The translations under genes were made by a program, and so were the position numbers. Shown in pieces: positions 1-9,379 of a DNA stretch of 57,100 nucleotides. The notes under the pieces are model-generated. The model ran no database searches. It worked only from the letters and a program-made list of their open reading frames with translations, and was not told where the DNA came from. Position 1 is the first letter of the stretch. Each line of letters begins with the position of its first letter. Source of the stretch: Deltaproteobacteria bacterium (GTDB lineage: Bacteria > Myxococcota_A > Polyangia > Polyangiales > Houyiibacteriaceae); assembly GCA_034670305.1 (NCBI GenBank), contig JAXMNT010000048.1:1-57100 (forward strand). The letters run 5' to 3'.

Positions 1-122
1 CGATGCTCGTCGCGCTGATCAAGCGATCTGACCGCTGATCCGCGGGCAAGGGCAAAGGCAAGGGCAGGGGCAAGGGGCAGGCTGCGAGAACGCCCTGCGG
101 GCGTTCTTCAGCAACCTGCTAG
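1..122 (+). mobile_element. Partial copy (right end) of hexamer-armed element with four-helix-bundle gene 3' remnant
   Basis: 1-106 matches 9342-9447 with one mismatch and is the near-exact reverse complement of the window end; encodes MLVALIKRSDR*, then (CAAGGG)n, hairpin 77-119, ends CTAG (119-122). Confidence 0.8.
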
Positions 123-134
123 ATCAGCCGGCAG

Positions 135-1049
135 TCACTCGTAGATCGCCGCGTGTACCGCTTCGGCGGCTTCGAGCATGCCAAGACCCGGATCGGTGAT
201 CACGTTCTCGGGAACGCGCACGACCCGATCTTCCCGGCACGCCGACAGATGGTCGAGCCCCGGGTGCCGGCACAGTGCCGACGCGCGCTCGGCGGGGGTC
301 ACGATCCAGGTCGGGTCGAGTTCCAAGAGCTGCTCGATGCGGTACGCCGGCCAACCTTCGATGCCAGCTGCGCTCGCCACGTCGACCACGCCGGCCGCTT
401 CGAGGATGTCGGCGTAGCTCGTGCCCCGGGCCCCCCCGTAGAGCTGGTCTCCGAACGCGCCGACGTACAGGCCGTGCACGCGCTCCGGTGAAGCCAACCC
501 AGACGACACGTGGCGCAGGCGCCGCTCGAACTGCAGGGCGAACCGCTCGCCTCGTTCGGGTTCGTCGATCAGCGCGCCGAGCGTGCGGATGTCCTCGAGG
601 AGACTCTCGACCCCGTGCATCGGTCCAAGATCGAACACCGTCAGACCGGCCCGACGCAACCGGGCGACCTGCCCCGGATCCGCGAAGCCGCTTGCCAGGA
701 CGAGGTCCGGGTCGAGGGCCAGAAGCTCTTCGCGGTCGTCGAGCCGAGGCACTTCCGCTTTGCCCTCGTAGCGCCACGGGGTGCGTGCGATGCGACGGGT
801 GTGGGCGGCGATCGCGACGACGCGGGACGGCTCGGCGATCTCCGCCAGCACCTGATCGGCGATGGTGCTCGCCGAGGCGATGCGCATGTACCGCCGGACC
901 GGCACTTCGTGTCCGCTCACATCCGCGATCGCGCGCTCTCCCTCCGGCGTCGAAGGTCGAGCCTCGAGTCCCGCGCCGCCCGCGCTGAGCACCCCCCCAA
1001 GCACCAGCGCCGCGAGCACCGCGGCCAGATTCAGCAGGCCGAGTTTCAT
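135..1049 (-). CDS. ABC transporter substrate-binding protein, BtuF/FhuD-like (cobalamin/iron chelate)
   Basis: Hydrophobic N-terminus; RIASAS, E.LLALDPDLVL and EQLLELDPTWIV motifs of class III SBPs; overlaps ATPase stop. Confidence 0.85.
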   Translation of the reverse strand: MKLGLLNLAAVLAALVLGGVLSAGGAGLEARPSTPEGERAIADVSGHEVPVRRYMRIASASTIADQVLAEIAEPSRVVAIAAHTRRIARTPWRYEGKAEVPRLDDREELLALDPDLVLASGFADPGQVARLRRAGLTVFDLGPMHGVESLLEDIRTLGALIDEPERGERFALQFERRLRHVSSGLASPERVHGLYVGAFGDQLYGGARGTSYADILEAAGVVDVASAAGIEGWPAYRIEQLLELDPTWIVTPAERASALCRHPGLDHLSACREDRVVRVPENVITDPGLGMLEAAEAVHAAIYE

Positions 1050-1825
1050 TCTTCCTCCGGCGCTTGGTGGGGGAGCGAGAAGGAGAGACCGGCGTGCTCG
1101 TGCAAGTCCACGCCGTACACCTTCCGAACGGCTCCAGGTTCGATCACCTCGGACGAGGGGCCGGACGTCTCGAGCGCGCCGTCGCGGAGCAACACCGCGC
1201 GGTCGGCGAACCGGCGCGCGTCGTCGAGTTCGTGCATCACGACGAGCACCGCCCGTCCCCGCTCTGCGAGCCCGCGCAACAGCGCAAACGTCTCGAGCGA
1301 GTGACGCACGTCGAGCGGCGCGGTCGGCTCGTCGAGGATGAGCAGTTCGCTCTCGCCGGCGAGCGCGCGCGCGAGCAGCACGCGCTGTTGTTCGCCGACC
1401 GAGAGCGTGGTGAAACTCCGGCGCGCGAACGACTGGAGGCCAACCGTTTCGAGCGCCGCCCCGATGGGATCGCGGCTGTCGCCGACACCCGGTCCATGGG
1501 CGTATCGGCCCTGCGCGACGACCTCTTCGACCCGCAACGCCGAACGAAGACCAGACCGTTGCGGGACGAATGCGATCCGGCGGGCGCGCTCGCGGGGCGA
1601 GAGCGTCGAGACCTCCGTGCCTGCGACCTCGACCGAACCGCCGTACGGCAAGAGCCCGGCCAGGGCGCGCACGAGCGTGCTCTTGCCGGCGCCGTTGGGA
1701 CCGAGCACTGCGAGCAACTCACCGGCCCGGCACCGCAGCGAGACATCCCGGAGCACGAGGGTGCGTCCGCGCCGAACCCGCACGTCGGTGGCGACGAGCG
1801 CCGGAAGTTCGGCAGACTCAGCCAC
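1046..1825 (-). CDS. ABC transporter ATP-binding protein (FecE/BtuD/HmuV-like)
   Basis: Walker A GPNGAGKS, signature LSVGEQQR, LILDEPT; GTG start at 1825 chosen for overlap with permease stop. Confidence 0.9.
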   Translation of the reverse strand: MAESAELPALVATDVRVRRGRTLVLRDVSLRCRAGELLAVLGPNGAGKSTLVRALAGLLPYGGSVEVAGTEVSTLSPRERARRIAFVPQRSGLRSALRVEEVVAQGRYAHGPGVGDSRDPIGAALETVGLQSFARRSFTTLSVGEQQRVLLARALAGESELLILDEPTAPLDVRHSLETFALLRGLAERGRAVLVVMHELDDARRFADRAVLLRDGALETSGPSSEVIEPGAVRKVYGVDLHEHAGLSFSLPHQAPEEE

Positions 1826-2807
1826 CGCTGACGACCTCCTCGCGGCGCGCGCGCAGGAGCAGCGCGAGAAAAAGCGGTGCACCGACGAGCCCGGTCATCA
1901 CGCCGAGCGGGACCTCCGTCGTCGACGGAATCGCGCGGGCGATCAGATCGCAAAGCGCGACGAACACGCCGCCGGCGATCGCACTGGGCAGGAGCAGCGA
2001 ACGGTGGCCCACGCCGACGAAGGGACGCAGCGCGTGCGGCACGATGAGCCCGACGAACGCGATGTTGCCACCGAGGGAGACCGCGGCTGCGACCAGGACG
2101 CTGGCCCAGGTCGCGACCCACCACCGCACGCGCGGCACATCGACACCGAGCGACTCCGCCTCTTCTTCGCCGCTGAGCAAGAGATCGAGTGGGGTGCCCC
2201 AACACCAGCACGCGACGAGTCCGAACACGACGAGCGGCAACGCGAAGAGCACCTGTCGGGTCCCCGCGCTCGCCACGCTCCCGAGCGAGAATGCGATGAC
2301 GGCGCGACCGAGCTCCCAGCTCTCCTGCGCGAGGCTGGTGAGGAACCCGCCGAGGCTCATGAACACCGTCGCGAGGATGAAACCGGTGAGGAGCAACGCG
2401 AGCAGATCTCGGGTGACCTTCACGAAGGAGAGCAGCACCCCGAGCGCCAGGAGCGCACCGAACAAACAGCCGAGGGGCACGATGAGTTCTGGGTCGACCG
2501 CGAGGCCGAAGGCGCCCGCCAACAGCAGCGCGACCTGGCCACCAAGCGTCGCGCCAGCGGTGGTGCCGAGCACCGAAGGACTCGCCAGCGGGTTGCGGAA
2601 GACCCCCTGCACGACGACGCCCGCCGCCGCGAGGGCCGCGCCCGCGAGCACCGCGGCGGCGAGTCGGGTCGCTCGAAGCGACAAGAGCGCGTCCCGCAGA
2701 CCTTCGTCGTTCAGGTCGCCGGGCCCGACCCAGAGCCCACCCACGCACACCAGCGCCAGCACGACGAGCAGCACGCCATAGGTGGGTCCCTTCGACACCT
2801 CACCCAC
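1818..2807 (-). CDS. FecCD/BtuC family ABC permease
   Basis: QGVFRNPLASP, GNIAFVGLIVPH, EVPLGVMTGLVGAPLF motifs; multiple TM helices. Confidence 0.92.
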   Translation of the reverse strand: MGEVSKGPTYGVLLVVLALVCVGGLWVGPGDLNDEGLRDALLSLRATRLAAAVLAGAALAAAGVVVQGVFRNPLASPSVLGTTAGATLGGQVALLLAGAFGLAVDPELIVPLGCLFGALLALGVLLSFVKVTRDLLALLLTGFILATVFMSLGGFLTSLAQESWELGRAVIAFSLGSVASAGTRQVLFALPLVVFGLVACWCWGTPLDLLLSGEEEAESLGVDVPRVRWWVATWASVLVAAAVSLGGNIAFVGLIVPHALRPFVGVGHRSLLLPSAIAGGVFVALCDLIARAIPSTTEVPLGVMTGLVGAPLFLALLLRARREEVVSGG

Positions 2808-2830
2808 TTACCACTCTTCTTATGGCCGTC

Positions 2831-2864
2831 ACGGGCCTGGCTCGCTTCGCGCGATGGGCGGGCC
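2831..2864 (+). repeat. REP-like dispersed repeat, copy A
   Basis: ACGGGCCTGGCTCGCTTCGCG core shared with five other intergenic sites. Confidence 0.7.
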
Positions 2865-2879
2865 TGGCCGCGCGCCCAA

Positions 2880-4382
2880 CTAACCCGCGACGCGGAGTGC
2901 GATCTTTCGGCTGCGTTCCAGCTCGACGTCGTGGTGCGGATCGCGCTCGATCAAATGCTGCTGGATGGAGGGCGCTGCGAAGAGGGGAATGACACCGTTC
3001 TTGGAGGCGGCCCCACGTTTCGTCAGCGAGAGCGCGCGCGACGCACCCTCCCCGGTCCAATGCATGAGCCCATCCGAGATCACGAACTCGACGACGTCCG
3101 GGAACGCGTCCGAGAGCGTGCAGCCGAACTTCTCCACGAACGGGGCCTCTCGGATCTCCCCGAAGTAGAAGCTCACCGCACAGGTCTTGCCCATCATCTG
3201 GGTGCGCGGGAGGTCGTAGAGATCCTGCAAGGGGAGCACGCCCTCCGCCTCCATGTCCTTCAGGTAGGGCGCGAGGTTCTTGCCGGCCGATCCGGACGCG
3301 TACGAGATCGTCGTGTGGGTGAACGTTTGCGCGCCGAGACCCATGCCGAGGTAGGGCATGCCGTCCTGGACCCGGCGCCTCAAGTACGCGCTCGTCCCGA
3401 CGTCGCCCGGAATCTTGCTGTACGTGGTCTTGCCGGGGTTCGCCGCGTAGCCGGCTTCATGCAACTTGGCCGTCGCCATCGCCTGCATCGGGCGCACCTC
3501 GTCGAGAGAGACCCGACTGGCCTGGTCGGAGATGCGGGTGAGCTTGTACCGCATGCGGTACAGGGTGATGTACTCCGGCCCCAGTCCGATCGCGTGGTCG
3601 AGCGTCGCTTCCCAGCTCTCGAGCGACTGATCCGCGAACCCATACATCAGATCGAGGTTCAACCGATCGAAGCCGGCCGCACGAATGTGGTCGACGGCAT
3701 GGGTGTGGTGCTCGATGCCGTTCTCACTCCGGTTGAGCACCTTGAGCAGGTCGGGCTGGATCACTTGGATGCCCATGCTGATCCGGTCGATGCCCATCGC
3801 GCGGTACGCGCGGATCTTGTCCTTGTCGGCCGCGGCGATCTTCGGCGTCGTCTCGATGCTGATGTCCGAGCCCGCGACGAACTGCACCCGTTTGCGGATC
3901 GCGTCGAGCACCCGCTCGACATCTTCCGCCGGCAGCATCGACGGAGTCCCACCACCCACGTCGAGGCCGTGGATGCGGCGGCCCTTGAGACCCACGGTCT
4001 CGTCCCAACGCGCCACCTCGCGGACCATCGCGTCCACGTACGCGCCCATGAGCGCGTGCTCCTGGCGTTTGACGACGGTGTACTCGCAGAACGAACAGCG
4101 CACTTCGCAGAAGGGCACATGCACGTAGAGACACATGTCGTCGTAGCCACCGTCGGCCGCGCGCGCGAGACCGCGGGAGGCAACCTCGACGTGGTCGGGC
4201 CGCGCGATCCGGTACGGCTTCCAGGTGACCTGGTGGGCGATCGGGTACGCGGTGTTCGCGATGTGGTGGTTCCGAAGTCCGGCGGCGAAGACGTCGCGGG
4301 GATCGAACGACGCGTCGTCGTGCGGCGCCGGGTCGCGCCACGTCCACGGGATGGGTTGGCTCGGCAGCTTGGCCTCGCTCAA
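2880..4382 (-). CDS. HemN-like (coproporphyrinogen III oxidase family) radical SAM protein
   Basis: LYVHVPFCEVRCSFC (CxxxCxxC), GGGTPS, RISMGIQ, NLDLMYG, YLGMGLGA; TTG start overlaps upstream stop (TTGA). Confidence 0.85.
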   Translation of the reverse strand: MSEAKLPSQPIPWTWRDPAPHDDASFDPRDVFAAGLRNHHIANTAYPIAHQVTWKPYRIARPDHVEVASRGLARAADGGYDDMCLYVHVPFCEVRCSFCEYTVVKRQEHALMGAYVDAMVREVARWDETVGLKGRRIHGLDVGGGTPSMLPAEDVERVLDAIRKRVQFVAGSDISIETTPKIAAADKDKIRAYRAMGIDRISMGIQVIQPDLLKVLNRSENGIEHHTHAVDHIRAAGFDRLNLDLMYGFADQSLESWEATLDHAIGLGPEYITLYRMRYKLTRISDQASRVSLDEVRPMQAMATAKLHEAGYAANPGKTTYSKIPGDVGTSAYLRRRVQDGMPYLGMGLGAQTFTHTTISYASGSAGKNLAPYLKDMEAEGVLPLQDLYDLPRTQMMGKTCAVSFYFGEIREAPFVEKFGCTLSDAFPDVVEFVISDGLMHWTGEGASRALSLTKRGAASKNGVIPLFAAPSIQQHLIERDPHHDVELERSRKIALRVAG

Positions 4383-6052
4383 CGGTGAAGCTCGGGTCCG
4401 AAGAGCCGGAGCCCACCGGCGAGGTAGCCCGGATTCTTGATCCGCGCGCTGAGTGCAAGCCGCGCCGCCAGGTACGCTTCGCGACCGCTGTCGCACACGA
4501 ACACGACGTGTTTGTGCCCGCGCAGATCCTTGATGCGGTCGCCCACTTTCGCGAGTGGCATGAGCAGCACCTTTTGTTGGATGTGGTGGGATGCGGTGAA
4601 CCCCTCGCTGCGGTCGGCGGCGGAGCGCACGTCCACGACCAGCACGCCATCGGGTGGAACCTCGAGCTGCTGTGCGGTCCACGGACGGATGGGTTCGTTG
4701 CCTCGACTCGCGACCCGGGCGGCCGCGTTCACGACATCGCGCACGGTCCCGAAGGGCGGTGAGTAGGCGAGGTCGAGGTCGGCGAGCTGCGCCACCTTGA
4801 GTTTGCCGAGGATGGCGGTGGCGAGCACGTCGACGCGTTTGTCGACGCCGTCGGTGCCCACCACTTCGGCGCCGACAAGCCGGCCCGCATCGTTGCTGTA
4901 GAGGCTGACGGTGAGCGGGCCGTGACTCGGGAAGAACGGATCTTTGGAGCGGCCCGAGACGGTGGTGACCTGCGCGTCGGGATCCAGGTGTCCCGTGCGG
5001 GCCAAGGTCAGCACGCCGGCCCGCACGATCGCGGTGCCGAGGGTCGGTCCGAGCCTCACGTCGCCGCCGGCTGCGTTCTCACCCGCCACCTGGGCGCTCT
5101 TGTCGGCGTCCGCCGCTTGCCCGGTCCAGGTGGCTTTGCCAGTGACCGCGTGTTTGTGCGCCACCGCGATGCTCGTCGCGTACACGTCGGGGAGCGTGGT
5201 CTGACAACGCGCGTCGATCTTCGCCGCGCCGTTCGGATGCAGTTTGCCGCCCGCGGCTTTCAGCAGTTCGGTTCTCGGCGCGACACCGGCGGTGACGAGC
5301 ACGAGCTCGGTCGCGATCTTGGAGCCGCTCGAGAGCTCGACGCCCTGAATGCGTTTGCCCTTCTTCCGCACCGACACGAGGTCGGCGCCGAGGCGCACGT
5401 CGACACCCGCGGCGCGCAAGGCGTACTCCGCGCGGTACGCGGCGGCACCCGAGAAGTCCGGGAGCAGTCGGTCGCCCCGCTCGATGAGCGTGACCAGGCG
5501 GCCCGCCCGCGAGAGGCAGTCCGCGGCTTCGACGCCGTAGAATCCGCCGCCGAGAATGACCACCCGGCCGGTGCCCTTGTCGAGGCTGCGTTCGATCTTC
5601 TTGAGATCGGCGAGGTCGCGCAGCGTGCTGACGTTGGTCGAGTCGCGCAGGCCGTCGACCTCCGGCCAGACCGAACGCGCGCCGAGCGCATAGATGAGCG
5701 CGTCGTACCGGAACTTGCCTGCATCGGTGATCACGCGTTTGGCGTCGGGGTCGATCGCCGTCACAGTCGCGCCGGTGCGCACGTCGATGCGGTAGACGTC
5801 GCGGAAGAACTTCGCCTTCTCCGGTTCCAGCCCGCCGATGCCATCGACCTCGCCCGAGAGGCGGTAGGGCAGGCCGCCCACCGAATAGCTCACGGCCTTC
5901 GCACGGCCGATCAGGACGATGTCGGCCCGCGCGTCGGTCTCTCGCGCGCGGGCGGCGGCGGCCGGTCCGCTGAGCGCCGCACCCAACACGACGATGCGGC
6001 GCTTGGCCCTCGACCGCTTCGTTTGCTTCTTGCCCACCGACTTGCGCTTCAT
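4379..6052 (-). CDS. CoA-disulfide reductase-like flavoprotein with C-terminal rhodanese domain (redox Cys absent)
   Basis: AAARAR, GGGFYG, GVDKRVDVLATA, DLDLAYSPPF, rhodanese VDVR...VCDSG; SYSVGGLPY in place of SFANCGLPY. Confidence 0.85.
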   Translation of the reverse strand: MKRKSVGKKQTKRSRAKRRIVVLGAALSGPAAAARARETDARADIVLIGRAKAVSYSVGGLPYRLSGEVDGIGGLEPEKAKFFRDVYRIDVRTGATVTAIDPDAKRVITDAGKFRYDALIYALGARSVWPEVDGLRDSTNVSTLRDLADLKKIERSLDKGTGRVVILGGGFYGVEAADCLSRAGRLVTLIERGDRLLPDFSGAAAYRAEYALRAAGVDVRLGADLVSVRKKGKRIQGVELSSGSKIATELVLVTAGVAPRTELLKAAGGKLHPNGAAKIDARCQTTLPDVYATSIAVAHKHAVTGKATWTGQAADADKSAQVAGENAAGGDVRLGPTLGTAIVRAGVLTLARTGHLDPDAQVTTVSGRSKDPFFPSHGPLTVSLYSNDAGRLVGAEVVGTDGVDKRVDVLATAILGKLKVAQLADLDLAYSPPFGTVRDVVNAAARVASRGNEPIRPWTAQQLEVPPDGVLVVDVRSAADRSEGFTASHHIQQKVLLMPLAKVGDRIKDLRGHKHVVFVCDSGREAYLAARLALSARIKNPGYLAGGLRLFGPELHR

Positions 6053-6179
6053 GCTTCAACCCTTCGATTCGAATCGACGTGAAGCGGCAGGCTACCTGAA
6101 CTCCACGCGACGGAGAGGGCCGTCCGCGGATCAAGCAGCCGTCTGGTCGGACCTCACCGTGTGGGTGCGGGGAGCGTGC

Positions 6180-6884
6180 TCAGCGGGGTCGCAGCGAGAC
6201 GCTGCGGGCCACGAGGGACCCGAAGGTGATCTCGTGCGAAGTCGGCTTCGACACGACGGCCGCGATCGAACCGGCGGACGAAGCGCTCGGCGTCGCGATG
6301 GGCGTGGCTTCGCTCGGGGCTTTGGTCGCCCCAGGAGTCGTGACGACGAGGTCCGGATCCGGGTCGGTCGAAGGGGGCGGCGGGATCGTCTTGGGTTCGA
6401 TCGCCTCCATCGCCGGAGGCGGGTTGGTCGGTGAGCTGTCGCCGTCCGGTTCGGTGGCACCGACCGCCGCCATCTCGAGCGGCGTGAGCGCGCGTTCCTT
6501 CGGTGCGACAGCGGGCGGCTGTGGAACGGGCGGCTGTGGAACGGGCGGTTGTGGAACAGCCGCCGGAGTGACCGGTTTGGGTGTGACCAGATCGACAACC
6601 GGCTCGAGCTCCAACGCAGGCTCCGGCATCGGAGGCACCGGTTTCGCCGGGCTGGGTTGCGCCGGTTTCGCCGGGCTGGGTTTCGCAGTCGCGACGGGCT
6701 CGGCCACGGGTTTTGCCGGGCTGGGCTCGGCCACAGGTTTCGAGAACGCGCGATGCACGCTGCTCGGTGGTTCCGGAGAGGGCTGCGGAGCCACTGCAGG
6801 CGCCGCTTCCGCGCGCGGTTCATTCCGTCGTTCGCCGATGCGCTCGAGGAGCGCCTCGAGTTTGCCGATGCGGGCCGCGCTCAT
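6180..6884 (-). CDS. Pro/Ala-rich hypothetical protein with helical N- and C-terminal caps
   Basis: ATG at 6884 overlaps upstream stop; PAKP and PQPPV repeats; GC3-rich frame. Confidence 0.65.
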   Translation of the reverse strand: MSAARIGKLEALLERIGERRNEPRAEAAPAVAPQPSPEPPSSVHRAFSKPVAEPSPAKPVAEPVATAKPSPAKPAQPSPAKPVPPMPEPALELEPVVDLVTPKPVTPAAVPQPPVPQPPVPQPPAVAPKERALTPLEMAAVGATEPDGDSSPTNPPPAMEAIEPKTIPPPPSTDPDPDLVVTTPGATKAPSEATPIATPSASSAGSIAAVVSKPTSHEITFGSLVARSVSLRPR

Positions 6885-7429
6885 GCTGCACCTTCTTCTG
6901 GACCGAGGCGTCCGACCATCGTCGCGATGCTGGCGCCGCCGGCCGCCCATCCCCGCACGACATCGGCGATGCCAGGATCGACCACCAAGAAGCTGCCCGC
7001 GGCGGAGACGCAGGCCACGGCCCGTCCGGCCATCGACTCGAGCAAGGCTTCCAGGAACGCTTGCAGGGCCGTCTCCGCCAACTCGGGCGCGTCGTCGAGG
7101 CGCACGGCGATGGCGTCGCCCCACCGATCCACAGACAACGAACCAAGTCCCAGGGTCGCGACCACCGCCGCCGCTTCGGTCAACACCGCTTCGGGGGTGG
7201 CGCGTTTCGGGTCGTCTCCCAGCACCTCGCGCACCTCGGTGCCCACTTGGGTGCCGAGGGCGCGCAGACCGGCGAGATCGCCTGATCGTGCAGCCGCTGA
7301 AACAAGTGCGGTCACCACGTTGTCGGAAAGAATGATGACTCTTTCCCCTCGACGTGTACGGACGGTGCCCTTCGCTACGTCTAGCTCGTAGTATCCGGCA
7401 GGATCGAAACGTGGTGCGTCCATCGTCAT
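6881..7429 (-). CDS. Hypothetical protein, V4R/XylR-N-like fold
   Basis: Clean 182-aa ORF; GERVII..., LG..VG and G.G.L pattern resembles V4R/XylR-N proteins. Confidence 0.6.
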   Translation of the reverse strand: MTMDAPRFDPAGYYELDVAKGTVRTRRGERVIILSDNVVTALVSAAARSGDLAGLRALGTQVGTEVREVLGDDPKRATPEAVLTEAAAVVATLGLGSLSVDRWGDAIAVRLDDAPELAETALQAFLEALLESMAGRAVACVSAAGSFLVVDPGIADVVRGWAAGGASIATMVGRLGPEEGAA

Positions 7430-7461
7430 GCAACAGCGGGTGTAGAGGGTTCAGGGGCAAG

Positions 7462-8958
7462 ATGTCAATTTCCCCAGCCTTCGTCGAACTTCACTCCGGG
7501 CCCCGAAGGGCGCCCCTCTGGCCCCGTGGCGCGGTCTGGATGGCCGGGCTCGTGTGGTTTGTCGCGACTTTCGCACCGCTTTCGGCCGGCGCCCAGGAGC
7601 CGCCCCCGGACGAAGAACCTTCGTTCGGCGAAGAGGGCGGCGACATGCTCGGCATCGGCAACGTCGCCGCCACGCTGATCGCCATGACTGCCCTGCATTG
7701 GGATGGCGCGCGAACCAAGGAACCGCAGCCGAGGGATCGGCCCCCTGCCACCCGCCGCATCGACTCGGAGCTGCTCCCCGTCGCCGTGCACGGATCCGAC
7801 GACGTCTCCGAAGCCCGGCTCCGCGCAGCGCTGCGGGCGCTCGAACAGGCGGTCTGGGTCCTCGAGCGAGAAGGTTGGGAGCTGCCGGTCCCCGACGGCG
7901 GACGCGGGGAGACCTCGGGGTTCGACCTCTACCTCTCGCCCACCGACGCGTTGGCCGAGGGTGCCCCCGAAGGCGACGTGCCCTGGAGCTTCCTCGACTC
8001 GAACATCGGGTTCGGCGTCGTCGACCCAGACGTGGACCGGCTCGGGGCATGTGTCGCGCAGGCCTACGGAGAGACGCTCGCGCTGAGTTTGGATCCGGCG
8101 GAGGCATCCGGCTGGCGCAAGGCACTCGGGGTGTACCTCGCGCGGCGCGTGACCGGCGAGTTCGGGTGCGGCGACGCGGTCGACCGCCAGCAGGCCGAGC
8201 CGTACCGTTCCTGGATTCCGACCGTGGAGCGCCTCGACGAACGGGCACCGCTCGACGGAGGAGGCGGCGCGTTGCTCTTCGCGCTCCTCTCCGAACGACA
8301 CGATGGAGGCACCGGCCGGTTCATCCGCGATCTCTGGGATCTCGTGCGACAGCGCACCTGGGAACAAGAGACGCTTGGCCTGCGTGCGAGTCCCGATCTC
8401 TGGGAGGGGATCGACACCGTGCTCGAAGCGTCCGGGAGCAAACTCGATCCGTACATGGACGAGCTCGCGGTGGCGAGATTCGCACTCGGCGACAGCGCGC
8501 GCGAACGCCATGCCGGCTATGCGGCACTCCACGATCTGAACACCCCGGTGCCGCTGACCTTCGAGACCGACCTCGCCGCCCTGCCCCACCACACCGGTGC
8601 GTCGCCGGTGCTCGACGTCTACGGATCCGCGTACGCGATGGTCGATGTGCGCGGCGCACCTTCGGACAGCCGTCTGCGGATCTGGCTGCGCGGCGAGTAC
8701 GGGGTGGAGTGGCAACTCAGCGCGACCCGACTCGATGCGGAAGGCCGCGAACGGGGCCGGTTGAGCGCGCCGCCTCGGGTGGGCGACCGCCGTGCGTACC
8801 TCCCGATCGAACTGGACGAAGACACCGCGCAGGTGCTGGTGACCGTCACCAACCTCGGCCACCGGTTGCCGGACGCCGACGACCCCGAGATGTCCGCGCG
8901 TGCGTTCCGCCTGATCTTCGAACTCGTCCGCGAAGGCCAAGAACCCGTCCGCGACTAG
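7462..8958 (+). CDS. Secreted protein resembling MXAN_6640-family metalloproteases, HExxH absent
   Basis: Signal-like segment ending AGAQE; PVPDGGRG..GFDLYL; start uncertain (7462 or 7540). Confidence 0.6.
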   Translation: MSISPAFVELHSGPRRAPLWPRGAVWMAGLVWFVATFAPLSAGAQEPPPDEEPSFGEEGGDMLGIGNVAATLIAMTALHWDGARTKEPQPRDRPPATRRIDSELLPVAVHGSDDVSEARLRAALRALEQAVWVLEREGWELPVPDGGRGETSGFDLYLSPTDALAEGAPEGDVPWSFLDSNIGFGVVDPDVDRLGACVAQAYGETLALSLDPAEASGWRKALGVYLARRVTGEFGCGDAVDRQQAEPYRSWIPTVERLDERAPLDGGGGALLFALLSERHDGGTGRFIRDLWDLVRQRTWEQETLGLRASPDLWEGIDTVLEASGSKLDPYMDELAVARFALGDSARERHAGYAALHDLNTPVPLTFETDLAALPHHTGASPVLDVYGSAYAMVDVRGAPSDSRLRIWLRGEYGVEWQLSATRLDAEGRERGRLSAPPRVGDRRAYLPIELDEDTAQVLVTVTNLGHRLPDADDPEMSARAFRLIFELVREGQEPVRD

Positions 8959-9142
8959 CAGGTCGCTGAGAAGCGACCTGCTCCCTTGCCGTTGCCCTTG
9001 CCCGTGCCCTTGCCCGCGTCGTGGACGCCGTGTGTTTCGCGACGGCTTGGCTGCGAATCGGAGCCCGATGCCCAGCGGACGAAGCCGCCGGGCATCGGTC
9101 GGTGCTACGCGGCGCAGCTCCGCCCCCAAACCGGTGACACCG

Positions 9143-9159
9143 CTGGCTCGCTTCGCGAG
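9143..9159 (+). repeat. REP-like dispersed repeat, copy B (inside the element)
   Basis: CTGGCTCGCTTCGCGAG. Confidence 0.6.
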
Positions 9160-9304
9160 CTGCACGCTGTCGAATATTGTCTCTCGCGCGGGAGGCTCTG
9201 GGCCCGCGCAGGAGCGAAGCGACGAGCAGGTCCGGAGCCGTTTTCAAGGGTTCGGAAAGCCGAAGGCGTCCGGGCCCGCAGAAACCCAGCGAGAGACCAG
9301 CAAT

Positions 9305-9379
9305 ATCGAACGGGCTCTCGCCCACCTTGAGCAGGTCGTCGCGATGCTCGTCGCGCTGATCAAGCGATCTGACCGCTGA
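9305..9379 (+). pseudogene. 3' fragment of four-helix-bundle (TIGR02436/23S rRNA IVP-like) gene
   Basis: IERALAHLEQVVAMLVALIKRSDR* resembles the last helix of this family; upstream frame is hairpin DNA, not protein-like. Confidence 0.6.

Noticed and set aside
5876-5878. Selenocysteine at the missing Cys position
   Set aside because: Codon is GGC, not TGA
6053-6179. Cobalamin riboswitch upstream of the ABC cluster
   Set aside because: No B12-box or other conserved core seen here or at 2808-2879
9032-9379. 115-aa ORF as an intact four-helix-bundle gene
   Set aside because: Only the last ~24 codons look protein-like; the rest runs through hairpin and REP DNA
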